DNA from: Candidatus Woesebacteria bacterium
Lineage (GTDB): Bacteria > Patescibacteriota > Microgenomatia > UBA1400 > PJMF01
Direction of reading: 5' to 3'
DNA: 64,000 nucleotides
Assembly (NCBI GenBank): GCA_050123235.1
Contig: JASFHL010000003.1
Coordinates: forward strand, 50,077-114,076
The notes beneath the pieces are model-generated. The model saw nothing but the letters and a program-made list of their open reading frames with translations. It ran no database searches and was not told where the DNA came from. Positions 1-11,612 of the stretch are shown here, piece by piece. Numbering within the stretch: the first letter of the stretch is position 1; each line of letters starts with the position of its first letter. Position numbers and translations under genes: made by a program.

Positions 1-354
1 ATATTAATGAGAGCTAAATATCCTTTGGTAGTTATATTAAAAAATGATCGGAAGAAATACTATCGTGTCCTTGATCAAGCAGACAAAGGAAACCCAACAC
101 AATTGGTCAAATTTGTCGCTCAAGCTGTTGAAAGATCTCTAGATATTTATCTAAAAACGCTGACCCCTATTAATAAACAAAGAGAAAAATTTCAGCTACT
201 GTCTGAAGTTAGTCAACAAACCCCGTATTCAAGCAAATATTTGAACCTTTTAGCTAGGCAAGGAAAATTGGAAGCTCATAAGCAGGGACGAAATTGGCTG
301 ACAAGCGTCGATGCAGTAAATAGATATATAAATAAAAGAAAAAGACAACGTTAA
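1..354 (+). CDS. Fic-family protein, C-terminal part with HTH tail (5' truncated by window edge)
   Basis: YPLVVILKNDRKKYYRVLDQAD resembles the post-motif helices of Fic proteins. C-terminal YSSKYLNLLARQGKLEAHKQGRNW is HTH-like. The catalytic motif is outside the window. Confidence 0.65.
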   Translation: MLMRAKYPLVVILKNDRKKYYRVLDQADKGNPTQLVKFVAQAVERSLDIYLKTLTPINKQREKFQLLSEVSQQTPYSSKYLNLLARQGKLEAHKQGRNWLTSVDAVNRYINKRKRQR

Positions 355-380
355 AACTATTTCGTGTAAGTAAAAATGAT

Positions 381-394
381 GCTCCCCAGGTGGG
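381..394 (+). mobile_element. att-like relic 1 (copy of tRNA-Asn 3' end)
   Basis: gctccccaggtggg is identical to 17963-17976 in the same orientation. It lies in small ORF 376-474 (MMLPRWVAKRTKDWIFNFLFYSDKQRFALNHA). Confidence 0.75.
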
Positions 395-513
395 TTGCTA
401 AACGGACTAAAGACTGGATATTTAACTTCTTATTTTACTCTGATAAACAGCGATTTGCTTTAAATCATGCTTAAAGAGTAAAAAAATGTTATGGGTTTTT
501 AGTATAAAATTTA

Positions 514-732
514 TTATTTCATAACAACCCACCAGCTTCCGTCTCCTTCAACACAATCTAATTTTCCATCTTGAATCAATTGAATTAATTCACTATCCAT
601 TGAATTACATTTCTGATGTCCTGATTCCACTTCACCACCTCCATCACGGCATCCTTTACAGCAACCCTGTGTTAAAACATTTCCGATATTTTCTCTTGTT
701 CTGGGTTCTCCATATTTTTTTACTAAATCCAT
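514..732 (-). CDS. Small Cys-containing hypothetical protein, possibly a 5'-damaged remnant
   Basis: 72 aa ORF; the frame stays open ~30 codons upstream without an ATG. Confidence 0.4.
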   Translation of the reverse strand: MDLVKKYGEPRTRENIGNVLTQGCCKGCRDGGGEVESGHQKCNSMDSELIQLIQDGKLDCVEGDGSWWVVMK

Positions 733-910
733 TCTTTCTTGTTCCGTAAAAGTAGCTGAAGTTGATTTTCCTTGAATAGCTTCTATTGTATCCTTAGATG
801 GTTTCCAACCCTGGGAGGCCCATATACTTCAATTGTTCCAGGTTGAACATCTAGTCCCTCATGTGTATGAATAATAGAAACGTTTGGAGAGACTTTATAA
901 CCTTAGTTTA

Positions 911-1126
911 TTATTCAGCATAACTCTCTAAATATCCACACTTGCTACATCTGTAAGTTTTTACTTCTTTATTATTCTTCAACCCCCACCAACCCCATTT
1001 TAAACCTGTTCCCCATTTTTGTTTATCTACAATTTGCAAGTCTGTCCTTGAATCACCAATAAATCCCAACTCCATTTTACCTTTACATTTTGAACATTTT
1101 ATAGTTTTTCTCATATTAACCCTCAT
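911..1126 (-). CDS. Small zinc-ribbon protein
   Basis: CSKC...CSKCGYLESYA double CxxC pattern. Confidence 0.7.
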   Translation of the reverse strand: MRVNMRKTIKCSKCKGKMELGFIGDSRTDLQIVDKQKWGTGLKWGWWGLKNNKEVKTYRCSKCGYLESYAE

Positions 1127-1180
1127 GAATTAATTATAGCATAATAAAGAAGACTGATATAACAGTCTTTTTAAATGAGT

Positions 1181-1199
1181 GCTCCCCTTATTGGACTCG
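1181..1199 (+). mobile_element. att-like relic 2
   Basis: gctcccc-N5-ggactcg matches the tRNA-Asn 3' end (17963-17981). It opens the frame VLPLLDSLRNGYESRLL... (1179-1289). Confidence 0.7.
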
Positions 1200-1289
1200 T
1201 TACGGAACGGATATGAATCAAGATTGTTGACTATTAATAAAGAAGATATAAAAATATTTGCAGAAAAAACAAGGAACTTGTTTATTTAA

Positions 1290-1493
1290 TTACTTAATAA
1301 GTTTAAATCTAGGAATTTTCTTTCCATCCACTTCAACCTTCTCTTCAAACATTTTTTTAGGTCTTACCCAGATCTTATCTTTATCATTCATATCTTGGTA
1401 AACTACCATTTCTTCCAAAGTTTCGCTATGCTTAGCTATACCGATAACCTGATAATATTTACCTTGATAGTGCTTATAAGTGCCTAATTTCAT
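1290..1493 (-). CDS. DUF1653-family protein
   Basis: GTYKHYQGKYYQVIGIAKHSETLEEMVVYQ...WVRPKKMF is the typical family pattern. Confidence 0.85.
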   Translation of the reverse strand: MKLGTYKHYQGKYYQVIGIAKHSETLEEMVVYQDMNDKDKIWVRPKKMFEEKVEVDGKKIPRFKLIK

Positions 1494-1498
1494 AAATT

Positions 1499-1987
1499 TT
1501 AAGCTATCTTTTTAAAAAAATCTATTCTTCCTTCACCTTTAACATAATAATCAGGAATTTTCGCTACTTGTTCATAGTCATTCTCTAAATAAAACAAACG
1601 TGCAGCTTCATAAGATTCAATATCACATGAAAGAACATGGATATAACGCCCACCTCTTTCTTTTACGAATTTTTCAACCTCTTTTAATAATTTAGAAGCC
1701 AAACCTTTTCTCCTATAATCCTGATGAACAGCTAGATAATCTTCATTCATCTCATAGCCACTACTGCCATATTTATTTTCTCTCACACCCATAGCAGCAA
1801 TCACTCTTCCATCGTCTTCTATATACCAATATCGGTGATTCTCAAACTTTAAACTATCTACAGGAGCTTGTTGTACCATTTTCTTTTCTGCTGGTGCCCA
1901 TGTCTGGTCAAAAGCATTAGAACTTGTTAAAAAATCCCCTATATTTTTTGCCTCTTGCTTAGTTTTGGCAATTTTGATATCTAACAT
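1499..1987 (-). CDS. GNAT-family N-acetyltransferase
   Basis: LAVHQDYRRKGLASKLL acetyl-CoA motif A; ARLFYLENDY motif B. Confidence 0.9.
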   Translation of the reverse strand: MLDIKIAKTKQEAKNIGDFLTSSNAFDQTWAPAEKKMVQQAPVDSLKFENHRYWYIEDDGRVIAAMGVRENKYGSSGYEMNEDYLAVHQDYRRKGLASKLLKEVEKFVKERGGRYIHVLSCDIESYEAARLFYLENDYEQVAKIPDYYVKGEGRIDFFKKIA

Positions 1988-3297
1988 TATCTTTTTAATT
2001 TGATTTTTATTAATCTTTGGATACTACTGACTACAATACTAGCAATTATAACTGAACCAATAGTAAGATTGAAAATATGAAATGTGCCATTTTCAACCAT
2101 GGCACCAGCTGTAATAGCAAGTAAAGCGTATGGTAGTTTAGAGATTAATGCAACTGTTGATAATGTTGTTGCCCTATATTTAGATGCAATTTCTCTATTT
2201 ACTACAATCGAAACCCAAGGGTATGCTAATTGACCACTTACTGCTATCAGGAATAGAGGAATTACTCCTAAATAACCAAGTTTAAAAAAGGCTAACATGA
2301 AACCAGACCCCATTACTAAACTCAAAAAATATAAGCCTCTTTTATCTGAAATATATTTACGATAACTGGGAATAAACTTAACTAAGATTGCTCCGACAAT
2401 GCCAAATAAAGCAAATAGAATAGCTTGCTCTTTATCAAAAAAACCAAAACTAGTTGCCATAGCAGGTTTAATTAAACCCCAACTATATAGATAATCAGCT
2501 CCAAGTAAAACAAAAATAACAACCACAAATGCTTGTAATTGAGGTTTAAATAATTCAACTGTTCCTCTGTAAAGTTGTTTTACATAACTATTCAAAGAAA
2601 ATTTCTCTGTATCTATTTTTGGTTCTGTCAAAAATAGAGAAATAAAAAAAGCTAAAGCATAAGCAAAAGCCCAAGCGTAATGTGGCAATCTAAAATGAAT
2701 GACATAAAATAGCCCGCCAAGCAATGTAGCTGTAATTGCTGATATAGTAGCAATTGTGCCACTAGTAGAAATAACTTTATCGTAAGACTGTTCTTTATTT
2801 CTATCCACTAAAGTATCATATGCCAAAGCTTCTGCAGAACCAGAATATAAAGCCCAACCCAGTTGAGCAAACATAAATGAAATCCATATTTGAGTTAAAG
2901 AGCTAGCTGAAGCAAAACCAAAAATACTTATAGCAGCCAGCAACATTGAAGCTACAATTGTTCTCTTTTTACCTAATAAATCAGATACTGCACCTGAAGG
3001 GACTTCCATAAGCAAACCAAAAGCAAATGCAGAAGCATCAACCCACCCAAGTTGTCCATAAGTCATAAATCTTGTCCAAAAAAATATCCAGTTACCTGCA
3101 ATAAACCACAGATTGTTAAAAGTTGTTAACAAATAAAAAAGGGCAATATTTTTAATCTTAATTTCTGGAAATAAGACACTTTTAACTGGGGGTGGTGTTT
3201 CAATTTGAACGATTTCAGGCACGAAAATATTATACTTTAAATCCTGATTAAGCGTCTTAGTTAAAATTAATAGGAAATATTCATGGTATATAGTCAA
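1987..3297 (-). CDS. MFS transporter (true start probably downstream of the ORF start)
   Basis: About 12 hydrophobic segments; EVPSGAVSDLLGKKRT motif A; SGSAEALAYD. Confidence 0.85.
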   Translation of the reverse strand: MTIYHEYFLLILTKTLNQDLKYNIFVPEIVQIETPPPVKSVLFPEIKIKNIALFYLLTTFNNLWFIAGNWIFFWTRFMTYGQLGWVDASAFAFGLLMEVPSGAVSDLLGKKRTIVASMLLAAISIFGFASASSLTQIWISFMFAQLGWALYSGSAEALAYDTLVDRNKEQSYDKVISTSGTIATISAITATLLGGLFYVIHFRLPHYAWAFAYALAFFISLFLTEPKIDTEKFSLNSYVKQLYRGTVELFKPQLQAFVVVIFVLLGADYLYSWGLIKPAMATSFGFFDKEQAILFALFGIVGAILVKFIPSYRKYISDKRGLYFLSLVMGSGFMLAFFKLGYLGVIPLFLIAVSGQLAYPWVSIVVNREIASKYRATTLSTVALISKLPYALLAITAGAMVENGTFHIFNLTIGSVIIASIVVSSIQRLIKIKLKR

Positions 3298-3309
3298 TAA
3301 GATGAATAC

Positions 3310-3552
3310 CTAGTTTTTTCTATTTCTTAAATTCCTTTTAGTTAGATCAATTTGTAATCCTTGTAACCCTTGTTGTATTTGAGCTAATAGAGCCTGTGGA
3401 TTCATTCCAGCCTCCGCGGCAAGTTCCTGAAATATCCTCATAACAACAGTTCTATCTTGAGCTGCTTCTGGAAATTCTCTAAAGAATGTAACAACAACTA
3501 ATTCATCTCCTTGTCTTAATTCTTTCAAATGGGCTAAAGTTATTTCTGACAT
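3310..3552 (-). CDS. Hypothetical protein
   Basis: 80 aa ORF co-oriented with neighbours. Confidence 0.5.
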   Translation of the reverse strand: MSEITLAHLKELRQGDELVVVTFFREFPEAAQDRTVVMRIFQELAAEAGMNPQALLAQIQQGLQGLQIDLTKRNLRNRKN

Positions 3553-3668
3553 TTTATTCTTTTTTAACCAAAAATCTTAGCTTAGTTTTGCTAGAGCTAA
3601 GATTACTAATATTCAAGAATATATATTATACTATTTTTTTTCTAAAAAACGTGAAAAGGTAGTTAATT

Positions 3669-3842
3669 ATGAAAACAAACTTTACTTGGCTCCCAGGTTC
3701 CCCATTTGCTCTGTACGATATATTCTCTGGAGAGTCTTTAGCGAGGGTAAAAAATCAAATAGAGGTCTTAAACAAAATTTTAACTTCAAAACCTAAATAT
3801 GCAGTCGTAAAGGTAAGTAATGGAGAGTTTGTTAAGCTTTAA
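3669..3842 (+). CDS. Short ORF spanning att-like site 3; putative recombinase C-terminal tail (MKTNFTWLPGSPFALYDIFSGESLARVKNQIEVLNKILTSKPKYAVVKVSNGEFVKL)
   Basis: tggctccc at 3687 matches 17961 and is read in the same frame as the recombinase W-L-P codons. AAAAGGT lies upstream of the ATG. Confidence 0.5.
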   Translation: MKTNFTWLPGSPFALYDIFSGESLARVKNQIEVLNKILTSKPKYAVVKVSNGEFVKL

Positions 3843-3855
3843 AATGTCTATCACC

Positions 3856-4115
3856 TGTGAGTCAGGCTCACATTAAAACCATATTCGCCTGGAGAATATG
3901 GAGTGTATAGAAAACTGTTCCCCAGGGGAACAGTTTTTCCCATTCCGTAGATGGAAGGGTAGAAATTCAATAACTGTGAGCCTGGCTCATAGTTTTCCCT
4001 AAAAGTGTAAGCCTGGCTTACACTTTATTGGTTGAAGCGAGAGCTGTAAGCCAGGCTTATAGCTATTCGCCAGGCGAACAGCTCCTAAAGGGTCTATGCC
4101 AGGCAAGTACCCTTT
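3856..4115. repeat. Array of 8 short palindromes centred on CCWGG-like cores
   Basis: Examples: tgtgagtcaggctcaca 3856, catattcgcctggagaatatg 3880, aaaactgttccccaggggaacagtttt 3911, aactgtgagcctggctcatagtt 3972, aaagtgtaagcctggcttacacttt 4002, agctgtaagccaggcttatagct 4042. Confidence 0.85.
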
Positions 4116-4894
4116 TACTTTTCAATCTCTTTTACCGCCTCTCTATAAGCACAATAGTCACAATCCTCACCAGCATCAGGAATAGAATCACTATTTAAAC
4201 ATTTATGAGCACTCTTTATAGCTTGTTCAACCCAGCCATCAATTCCCTCATAAGCGATTAAAGTTATATTAAACTCAAGTTTGGCATCAAAAGCTTCTTT
4301 GTCTGTAATTCCATTACAATAGACAAAATAGCCTGTATCAGAAACTTTGTACTCATTTTGCCTTAGTAGCCACTGATACACCTCCATTTGACGCTTATAG
4401 CCTTCTTGCCAGTCCTTATCTAGCTCTGTTATCTCTTCACCCTTAGAAGTTGACTTGTAGTCAACAACAAGATATTCATCTTTAGAGTTGATCCATAAGT
4501 CATCAATGGCACCAAAGATTAATAAGTTAGTAGGCTTATGTAAATATTGAACCCCTACAAAATTTTGCCTCCAGTCGTCTAGCTTCTCATGGGCCACTGG
4601 CTTAGCATCTACCCCATACTTTTCTATCAATGGATGTTGTGTCCCATTAGCCCTATGAACATCAAATTCAAGCTTCAGAAGCTTATCTACGGCACTATTT
4701 AGAGCAAAAGGGAAACCAGGTGGTCTAGATACGCCTAAGCGTCTATCTAAATAAAAACATCTAGGACATTCTAAAAACAGGTCAATCTTAGATCGGCTCA
4801 ACTTAAAGGGTTGCTTAGAGCCTGGTTGGTAACAATATTTTGCTGATCGTTTAGCATTATAGTATTGAGACATAGTTATTTTTCTCCAGTCCAA
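4115..4894 (-). CDS. PD-(D/E)XK nuclease superfamily protein (Cas4/RecB-like; likely start 4873)
   Basis: [24 protein letters not shown]...VVDYKST, QMEVYQW, C-terminal CDYC. Confidence 0.85.
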   Translation of the reverse strand: MDWRKITMSQYYNAKRSAKYCYQPGSKQPFKLSRSKIDLFLECPRCFYLDRRLGVSRPPGFPFALNSAVDKLLKLEFDVHRANGTQHPLIEKYGVDAKPVAHEKLDDWRQNFVGVQYLHKPTNLLIFGAIDDLWINSKDEYLVVDYKSTSKGEEITELDKDWQEGYKRQMEVYQWLLRQNEYKVSDTGYFVYCNGITDKEAFDAKLEFNITLIAYEGIDGWVEQAIKSAHKCLNSDSIPDAGEDCDYCAYREAVKEIEK

Positions 4895-7800
4895 TCTTTA
4901 GCTAACAACTCTGCTTGCTCTAAGACAATTTTCGTTGCCCCCTCTTGTTTGTCGGGCGGGTACTTATACTTCTTCAACAGTCTTTTTATATAGACCCTAA
5001 GTTTAGCCTGGACACTTTCTTTAATAGTCCAGTCAATCGTGGTGTTCTTGCGAAGCATGTTTACCAACTCTTTGGCCATGGCTTTGAGTGTTTTATCTCC
5101 CAACTCCCTAACGGCACTTTCGTTATTTGCCAGAGCATCATAAAAAGCCACTTCTTCCTCAGATAACCCAAGGTCTTCTCCTTTGTCTCGCTCTTTTTTA
5201 ATCTTTTTAGCTAGCTCTAAAAGCTCTGCAATAACTTGGGCCGCTTCCAAGGTTCTGTTTTGATATTTTCGGATTGTTTCAGCCAGCATGTCAGCAAAGG
5301 AACGTGACATAACTAGATTCTTTTTAGTCATGGTTCTCAGCTCATCGTTCAAAAGCTTTTTCAACAGTTCCAAAGCCACATTCTTATGCTTCATATTTTT
5401 AACTTCAGCTAAAAACTCTTCTGAAAAAATGGAAATGTCTGGGGCTTTAATTCCAGCGGCAGAATAAATGTCAACTACATGGTCTGAAGCTACCGCAGAA
5501 GATACTATCTGCTTAATTGCCACATCATAGTCATCATCAGTTGGACCGCCACCTATAGGCTCCATCTTTACAATCCCACTCCTCACTATCTGGAAAAAGG
5601 AAACCTCATCTCTAATCTTTATTGCCTCTTCATGCGGAACCGCTAAAGAAAATGCCTTAGAGAGCTCAGAAACGGCTTTTAAGTATCGTTTCTTGCCATC
5701 TTTAAGCCCTAATATATAGTTTGTCGCTCCAGAGATAGTTTGAGTTCTTTCTGCTGGTGTACCTGTCAAATATTTCTTGTAGTCAAAGCCGTGATACATG
5801 CTCTTAACCACTTCGTATTTCTCAAGCATTAAAGAAACTGCTTTATCTTGAGGAATCGCTGTTTCTTGCCTGTCACTTTCAGAGTAATAAGATAGGGCTT
5901 CTTTTAATTGAGGAGCAATGCCAATGTAGTCAACGATTAAGCCACCCTGTTTGTCTTTATAAACCCTGTTCACCCGAGCAATGGCCTGCATCAAACCATG
6001 GCCTTGCATTGGCTTATCTATATACATGGTGTGAAGACAGGGAACATCAAAACCCGTTAACCACATATCTCTCACAATCACCAGCTTCATTTCATCATCT
6101 GGGTTTTTCATTCTCAAGGCCAACTCATCTAAAACGTGTTTTGGCCTGATATGGGGCTGAAAATTCAAGGGGTCAGAAGCAGAACCAGTCATCACTACTT
6201 TAACCACGCCTTTTTTATCATCATCGCTGTGCCAATTGGGTCTGAGTTTGACTATCTCGTTATAAAGGTCAACGGCAATTCTTCTACTCATGGCCACTAT
6301 CATGCCCTTGCCCTCAATAGCGCTTTGTCTATTTTCAAAATGTTCTACCAAGTCACGAGCCACCAGACTAATTCTTTTCTCTGAACCCACCATTGCTTCA
6401 AGCCTGGCCCACTTACTCTTGAGCTTTTCTTTGCGCTCTACTTCTTCACCCTCAGTTAACTCTTCGAACTCAGGGTCAATCTTAGGCTGTTCTTCTTTTT
6501 TCAACTCGATTCTTGCCAGCCTAGCCTCATAGTAGATAGGTACTGTGGCTTTATCCTCAACTGCTCGGGTTACATCATATACATCAACGTATTCACCAAA
6601 AACAGCTCGTGTATTTCTGTCTGTTAACTCAACTGGAGTACCAGTAAAGCCAATAAACGAAGCATTGGGAAGAGCATCTCGCATGTGGCGAGCAAAGCCT
6701 TTGATAAATTCATACTGGCTTCTATGTGCCTCATCAGCAATAACAACAATGTTTTTCCTGTCAGAAAGTTGTGGATACGACTTATGTCCGTTCTGAGGTA
6801 AAAACTTCTGTATGGTCGTAAATACCACACCACCAGAGGCTACTCTTAATAGTTCTTGTAGTTCATCTCTATCATTGGCTTGCTTAGGAGCCTGTCTGAG
6901 TAAATCGGAACATCTAGAAAAGGTTCCGAAAAGCTGATTATCTAAGTCATTCCTGTCAGTCAAAACAACCAAGGTCGGATTATTCAGAGCCTGAATTACC
7001 TTACCAGCATAAAAAGTCATGGTTAAACTCTTACCAGAGCCCTGAGTGTGCCAAACTACACCCGCTCTTCTATTTCCCTTTTCCTTGGTAGCATTAAAGG
7101 TGCTTTCAATGGCTTTATTGGTAGCAAAGTATTGATGATAAGCGGCGGCCTTCTTGACTGTCTTTTCACCATCAGTTTCAAAAACAATAAAGTTGTTGAT
7201 TAAATCCAAGAATCTAGTCTTATCAAAAATACCTTTAAGCAAAACCTCCAGTTGAGGGAACGCATTAGGGGCCAATTCTTCACCGTCAACTGTTCGCCAG
7301 CGAGTAAACCATTCAATACTAGCGCTTATTGTCCCAACTTTTGCTTCCAAACCATCACTAATAATTGAGAGCTCGTTATAAGTAAACAAAGAGGGAATAC
7401 CTTGCTTGTAGGTTTGAATCTGGTTAAAAGCACTCTTTACTGTAGCCTTCTCATCGCCTGGATTTTTCAACTCAATCACCACAACAGGCAAACCATTTAC
7501 AAAGACTACTACATCTGGGCGTCTGTTTACATTATTCTCAATAACCGTATACTGGTTAACTGCCAAAAAGTCATTTTTCTCAATATTTTTAAAGTCAACC
7601 AATTTCACCTTATCACCAGCCACCGAGCCATCCTCTCGCATATATTCAACATCTACACCATCCCTCATGTATGAGTGAAATATCTTGTTGTTAAGCACAA
7701 GACTAGGCGTAGCATTAGTAGCTTGCAAAACCTTTTTAACAGCTTCTTCTTTAGCATCTGCTGGAATGTTGGGATTAAATTGGTCGATAGCAGAACGAAG

Positions 7801-7956
7801 CCTACCTTCTAACACCACTTCAGAATAGTTCTTGCGCTCTGGTCGTTCACCATCTGGAGGCGGAGCAATTTCTGGACCACCAATAACAGTAAATCCTAGC
7901 TCCTCAAGCCATTCTAGTGTTGCTAATTCTAGGTCTGATTCTGTGTATTTAGTCAT
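4876..7956 (-). CDS. hsdR: Type I restriction endonuclease subunit R
   Basis: [21 protein letters not shown] nuclease motif; WHTQGSGKS; DEAHRSQY; FTGTP; MWLTGFD; QAIARVNR. Confidence 0.97.
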   Translation of the reverse strand: MTKYTESDLELATLEWLEELGFTVIGGPEIAPPPDGERPERKNYSEVVLEGRLRSAIDQFNPNIPADAKEEAVKKVLQATNATPSLVLNNKIFHSYMRDGVDVEYMREDGSVAGDKVKLVDFKNIEKNDFLAVNQYTVIENNVNRRPDVVVFVNGLPVVVIELKNPGDEKATVKSAFNQIQTYKQGIPSLFTYNELSIISDGLEAKVGTISASIEWFTRWRTVDGEELAPNAFPQLEVLLKGIFDKTRFLDLINNFIVFETDGEKTVKKAAAYHQYFATNKAIESTFNATKEKGNRRAGVVWHTQGSGKSLTMTFYAGKVIQALNNPTLVVLTDRNDLDNQLFGTFSRCSDLLRQAPKQANDRDELQELLRVASGGVVFTTIQKFLPQNGHKSYPQLSDRKNIVVIADEAHRSQYEFIKGFARHMRDALPNASFIGFTGTPVELTDRNTRAVFGEYVDVYDVTRAVEDKATVPIYYEARLARIELKKEEQPKIDPEFEELTEGEEVERKEKLKSKWARLEAMVGSEKRISLVARDLVEHFENRQSAIEGKGMIVAMSRRIAVDLYNEIVKLRPNWHSDDDKKGVVKVVMTGSASDPLNFQPHIRPKHVLDELALRMKNPDDEMKLVIVRDMWLTGFDVPCLHTMYIDKPMQGHGLMQAIARVNRVYKDKQGGLIVDYIGIAPQLKEALSYYSESDRQETAIPQDKAVSLMLEKYEVVKSMYHGFDYKKYLTGTPAERTQTISGATNYILGLKDGKKRYLKAVSELSKAFSLAVPHEEAIKIRDEVSFFQIVRSGIVKMEPIGGGPTDDDYDVAIKQIVSSAVASDHVVDIYSAAGIKAPDISIFSEEFLAEVKNMKHKNVALELLKKLLNDELRTMTKKNLVMSRSFADMLAETIRKYQNRTLEAAQVIAELLELAKKIKKERDKGEDLGLSEEEVAFYDALANNESAVRELGDKTLKAMAKELVNMLRKNTTIDWTIKESVQAKLRVYIKRLLKKYKYPPDKQEGATKIVLEQAELLAKDWTGEK

Positions 7957-7957
7957 A

Positions 7958-10399
7958 TTAATTTATATTTACCTTATCTGTTATTTTAATAAACGATTGA
8001 ATGTGCTTATCTAGTTCAGATATAGCAGATGGTATTTCCTTATCTGCATGTAGCAAATTTGAGTAATTGCAATATTTATATAAACTAGTTAACTTTTTTA
8101 AGTCGTCATCTGATAGTTTGCTCAGTTTGCTCCTGTTAGTTACCAAGTTATTAGTAACATCCTCAAATTTGTCTTCTTTGTTCCACATCAGCAAGTCATT
8201 CTTAATGAATCTTTCGATTGCGAGGCGTAATAACTGCCCATATTTAAGAGCCAGGGCTTCCATTTTAAGAGTTCCTTTGCTTACTTCATCTGATATTTCT
8301 TTATAACAACCCTTAACTTCACTTAATACATCAAATCCAGGGTCAACAAAGATAAATCCTCCTCCAAATTCTTCTCTGTTTTTTAAGACTCCAAACCTAT
8401 TTGAGTCTGGCGAAATACATTTAGATAGGTATTTATAAAATAGTGGATGGTGAGTAAAAATAAATACCTGACTAAAATCCTTAGTTTGAGAATGAATAAG
8501 CTCAGCTAAAATTTTCAAATTCGGAGCATCTAGACTCGTAATTGGGTCATCAAAAACAAGTATCTTTGCATCCTTTGATTCAAGCTTTTTGTTTAAAGCA
8601 AAAAAGAAAGCTATTGATATTATTTGTCTTTCTCCTTCAGACAACCCTTTTTTAAACTCTCTTTTATTATTACCTTTATCAATAACTTCAAAAGAAAATG
8701 GATATTCTTTAGTGTTTGGAGCTGGTTTAATATGTTTCAGTGAAAACGCCAGTTGAAAATTTTTTAGAATCGAATCCATCTCCTTGATAATAGAAGCTGG
8801 AATTTTTTTGGCTAAGTTGTTATCTAGTTCTTGCTCAAAGACTTTAATTTCTGATTGGAGAGCTTCCTTGTTCGAGTTAACCTTATCAAACTCTTTTATC
8901 TTGTCCGTTTTTTTATCAGAAATAAATGTTATCTTTTGAATAATGTCTGTGTTCTTTGATTCTAGTGATTGTATTTCTCCTGTTATTTTTTCTTCGCTTT
9001 TATATTTATCTTGGAAATTTTTTATTAAAGTATTTTTTAACTTTCTGAGTTCTTCGAGAGAATCAGCAAATAGTTTTAAGTCAGAAGTACCTTTAAGAGT
9101 GTTTAGAATATATCTCTTCTTTTTATCTTTATCTGCAATATCTATATTTTTTAACTCTTGAGCATACTTTTTAGCCTGCTCTGTTTGATCTGCAAAACTA
9201 TTTATCTGAGTGTCCTTTTTATGATATTTTTGTTTCTCTTCAAGAGAATATATGCCTTCAATCTTGAAGTCTTGATATAGTTTTTCTAAATTGGAAAAAA
9301 TTTCGTCTCTCCTTGTAAACAACTGAGCGATTGTGCTTTTTATTTTCTCTAGCTGTTCTACAAACAAGTCAATATCATCTATGTATTTTTTCTTTTGCTC
9401 CTCGTAAGATTTATCAAAAATCTGTTTGTAATAATTTATTACCTTAGTTGCGCCACTCAAGGACTGAGCACAAAGGGGACAGTCTTTTTCTTGAGGATTA
9501 AGTATCCTCTGATAGTTAGAATCTTTTTCTAGAAAACTTTTGTGTTTCTGAAAATGTGTTTCCAGAGCCTTATCAGTTTTAACTTCAGCTTTTTGTTTGA
9601 TGCTTCTATTAAATAACTCCTTAATTCCAGGTTCATCTAATAAATCTAGGTTATAACTTATCTCATCAATCTGTTTAATATTTTTAATGAAATCTATTTT
9701 CTTTAATAAACCTCGTATGGTTGCTAGCTTATTCTCAATTTCTTTTTGTTGTTTTTTTAGACTCTTTATTTCTTTTGCCAGTGAAGCTTGTTTTTTGTTT
9801 TTATAATTTTCGAATAATACTCTCTCTTCCTGAGTAAACGTGCTTTGTAATGCCAGCTTATTTGCTTCTAGAAATAACTTTAGTTCTTCCTTTTTTTCTG
9901 CTATCTGCTTTTTAAGTACATTAGCTTCGCTATCCAAATTGATAACCAAGTTGCCTGCATTTTGAGAATGTTGGCCTTTAAGGTTGCTTCTGGTTCCGTG
10001 TGTATGAATATTTTTGTTTACAAAGTCTATATCAAAAAATAGAATCGGGTTATTTTCCGTGGTTTGCTTATCCCAAGCTTGCTTTTGATAGGTAAAAACA
10101 GTTTGTTTTTTAGTTTTATTTATATGAACTTTCCCGTCTGGAGATTTATTTGACTTTGCCTCAATTTCTTCTGCTTCCAGAACAACCATCTCTGGATGTT
10201 TTTCTTCAATAGTTTCTACCCCAACCAAATCTTTTAATATTTCGCATACAGTTGTTTTTCCTGAACCATTTTCGCCAAAGAATAAGTTGAAGGGGCCAAA
10301 AACACATTCGTCAAGTTTTGCATTTTTACAGAAAGCATCCCATTTAAAATCTGTAAATGATTTATATTTAGTGATTTTATTTATCTTTTTTATCTTCAT
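7958..10399 (-). CDS. ABC/SMC-like ATPase with zinc hook, RloC/PrrC-like
   Basis: Walker A GENGSGKT, coiled coil with CPLC, signature LSEGE, Walker B LVFDDP, FTHH. Located between hsdS and hsdR. Confidence 0.7.
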   Translation of the reverse strand: MKIKKINKITKYKSFTDFKWDAFCKNAKLDECVFGPFNLFFGENGSGKTTVCEILKDLVGVETIEEKHPEMVVLEAEEIEAKSNKSPDGKVHINKTKKQTVFTYQKQAWDKQTTENNPILFFDIDFVNKNIHTHGTRSNLKGQHSQNAGNLVINLDSEANVLKKQIAEKKEELKLFLEANKLALQSTFTQEERVLFENYKNKKQASLAKEIKSLKKQQKEIENKLATIRGLLKKIDFIKNIKQIDEISYNLDLLDEPGIKELFNRSIKQKAEVKTDKALETHFQKHKSFLEKDSNYQRILNPQEKDCPLCAQSLSGATKVINYYKQIFDKSYEEQKKKYIDDIDLFVEQLEKIKSTIAQLFTRRDEIFSNLEKLYQDFKIEGIYSLEEKQKYHKKDTQINSFADQTEQAKKYAQELKNIDIADKDKKKRYILNTLKGTSDLKLFADSLEELRKLKNTLIKNFQDKYKSEEKITGEIQSLESKNTDIIQKITFISDKKTDKIKEFDKVNSNKEALQSEIKVFEQELDNNLAKKIPASIIKEMDSILKNFQLAFSLKHIKPAPNTKEYPFSFEVIDKGNNKREFKKGLSEGERQIISIAFFFALNKKLESKDAKILVFDDPITSLDAPNLKILAELIHSQTKDFSQVFIFTHHPLFYKYLSKCISPDSNRFGVLKNREEFGGGFIFVDPGFDVLSEVKGCYKEISDEVSKGTLKMEALALKYGQLLRLAIERFIKNDLLMWNKEDKFEDVTNNLVTNRSKLSKLSDDDLKKLTSLYKYCNYSNLLHADKEIPSAISELDKHIQSFIKITDKVNIN

Positions 10400-10400
10400 G

Positions 10401-11612
10401 TCAATTTACTCTCAACTTCCCACTCATTAGTCTTGGTAATAAAGAGCCACGTATTGATGATAATTTTTCGTTTTCCAAGGCATTTATTTTAATTTGCTGA
10501 AATATGGGTTCCATCGAATTGTGAAACTTTCGTATCAATGCTGTTTGAGGTGATTTTAATTTGTAGTTTCGAATAGCATCAATTTGAACTCGTTGTCTCC
10601 CAGAGCTTCCGACCATGCTTTTAATTGCATGTTGTCGAAATTGCTCATTCCTTACTAAGAAATAAACATATTCTCTATACTGATTGTCGTTAGGTCTGAA
10701 AACTATATATTCCGTGGAACCAAAAGCTAGCTCACCAGCTTCTAAGAAGCTTACCAGGGCACTTTTGCCATTCTCTAAGCAGGGGGTGATTCTGGCCATT
10801 AGTGAATCACCGTTCCTGAATTTTGAACCTCCTTTATAAGGTTTGCTAATCTGAGAGGAAACCCACATTCCTTGTTCTGGTAAATCTTTCATCTCAACAT
10901 ATTTGGTAGTTTCTCCTTTTTTTAAACTCTCTCTAGGATTCAATTCAATAAGACTTTCTAGTGCTATCGCGCCTTCCAAGGCTTCTGAATCCACAAACCA
11001 ATTCTTAAACAGAGCCTTACCCATTTCCTCCAGGGTCTGATTCGTCTTTCGATTTAATTCAATTTTTTCATCGAGAGAGCCCAAAACAGAAGCTATCTTT
11101 AATTGCTCATCATAAGACGGTAACAAAACCCTTACTTTTCTGAACTCCGACTGTCTTATGCCTTTTACAACTGAGCCAGTAGCTCTAGAAACAAGCTCTT
11201 GTTGTCCTATGTATGAAAGCAAGTAATATTTAAGAAAAGTATTGTCTAGTTCACCGTCTTTTCCCCGTAAAGTTAACAGCCTTTGGGCTAAACCTATATT
11301 TGCAGTATCAAGCTGAGCAACTTCACCTAAGGGAGCTTCTGTAGTTATTACAACGTCTCCTTTTTTTGGCAATCCTCTTGTCATCCAATTTTTCCAAGTT
11401 TCTTTGGTAATATACTCAGGATTGGAATAATCTATCCTTCCCGCCTTAACAACCTTTGCAGTCACAAGAGGTATCCCTGAATTTGTTTTTGGAGGTGTCT
11501 TGCCTCTGTAGTCAATAATTTTATCCAAGACATCAACGGATTTTACTATTCTCCAACTTTGGGGAATCTCACCAATTTCTGTTTGTTTGTAGTTAGTTTG
11601 TTGTTTAGTCAT
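10401..11612 (-). CDS. hsdS: Type I RM specificity subunit
   Basis: TEIGEIPQSW, two TRDs, EQLKIASVLGSLDEKIELN, LLPRLMSGKLRV. Confidence 0.95.
   Translation of the reverse strand: MTKQQTNYKQTEIGEIPQSWRIVKSVDVLDKIIDYRGKTPPKTNSGIPLVTAKVVKAGRIDYSNPEYITKETWKNWMTRGLPKKGDVVITTEAPLGEVAQLDTANIGLAQRLLTLRGKDGELDNTFLKYYLLSYIGQQELVSRATGSVVKGIRQSEFRKVRVLLPSYDEQLKIASVLGSLDEKIELNRKTNQTLEEMGKALFKNWFVDSEALEGAIALESLIELNPRESLKKGETTKYVEMKDLPEQGMWVSSQISKPYKGGSKFRNGDSLMARITPCLENGKSALVSFLEAGELAFGSTEYIVFRPNDNQYREYVYFLVRNEQFRQHAIKSMVGSSGRQRVQIDAIRNYKLKSPQTALIRKFHNSMEPIFQQIKINALENEKLSSIRGSLLPRLMSGKLRVN

Noticed and set aside
820-845. ccctgggaggcc resembling the att core
   Set aside because: Opposite orientation to the other relics and only a short match; likely chance.
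3856-4115. Possible CRISPR array next to a Cas4-like nuclease
   Set aside because: Units are non-identical palindromes with irregular short spacing; no constant repeat-spacer period and no cas1/cas2.
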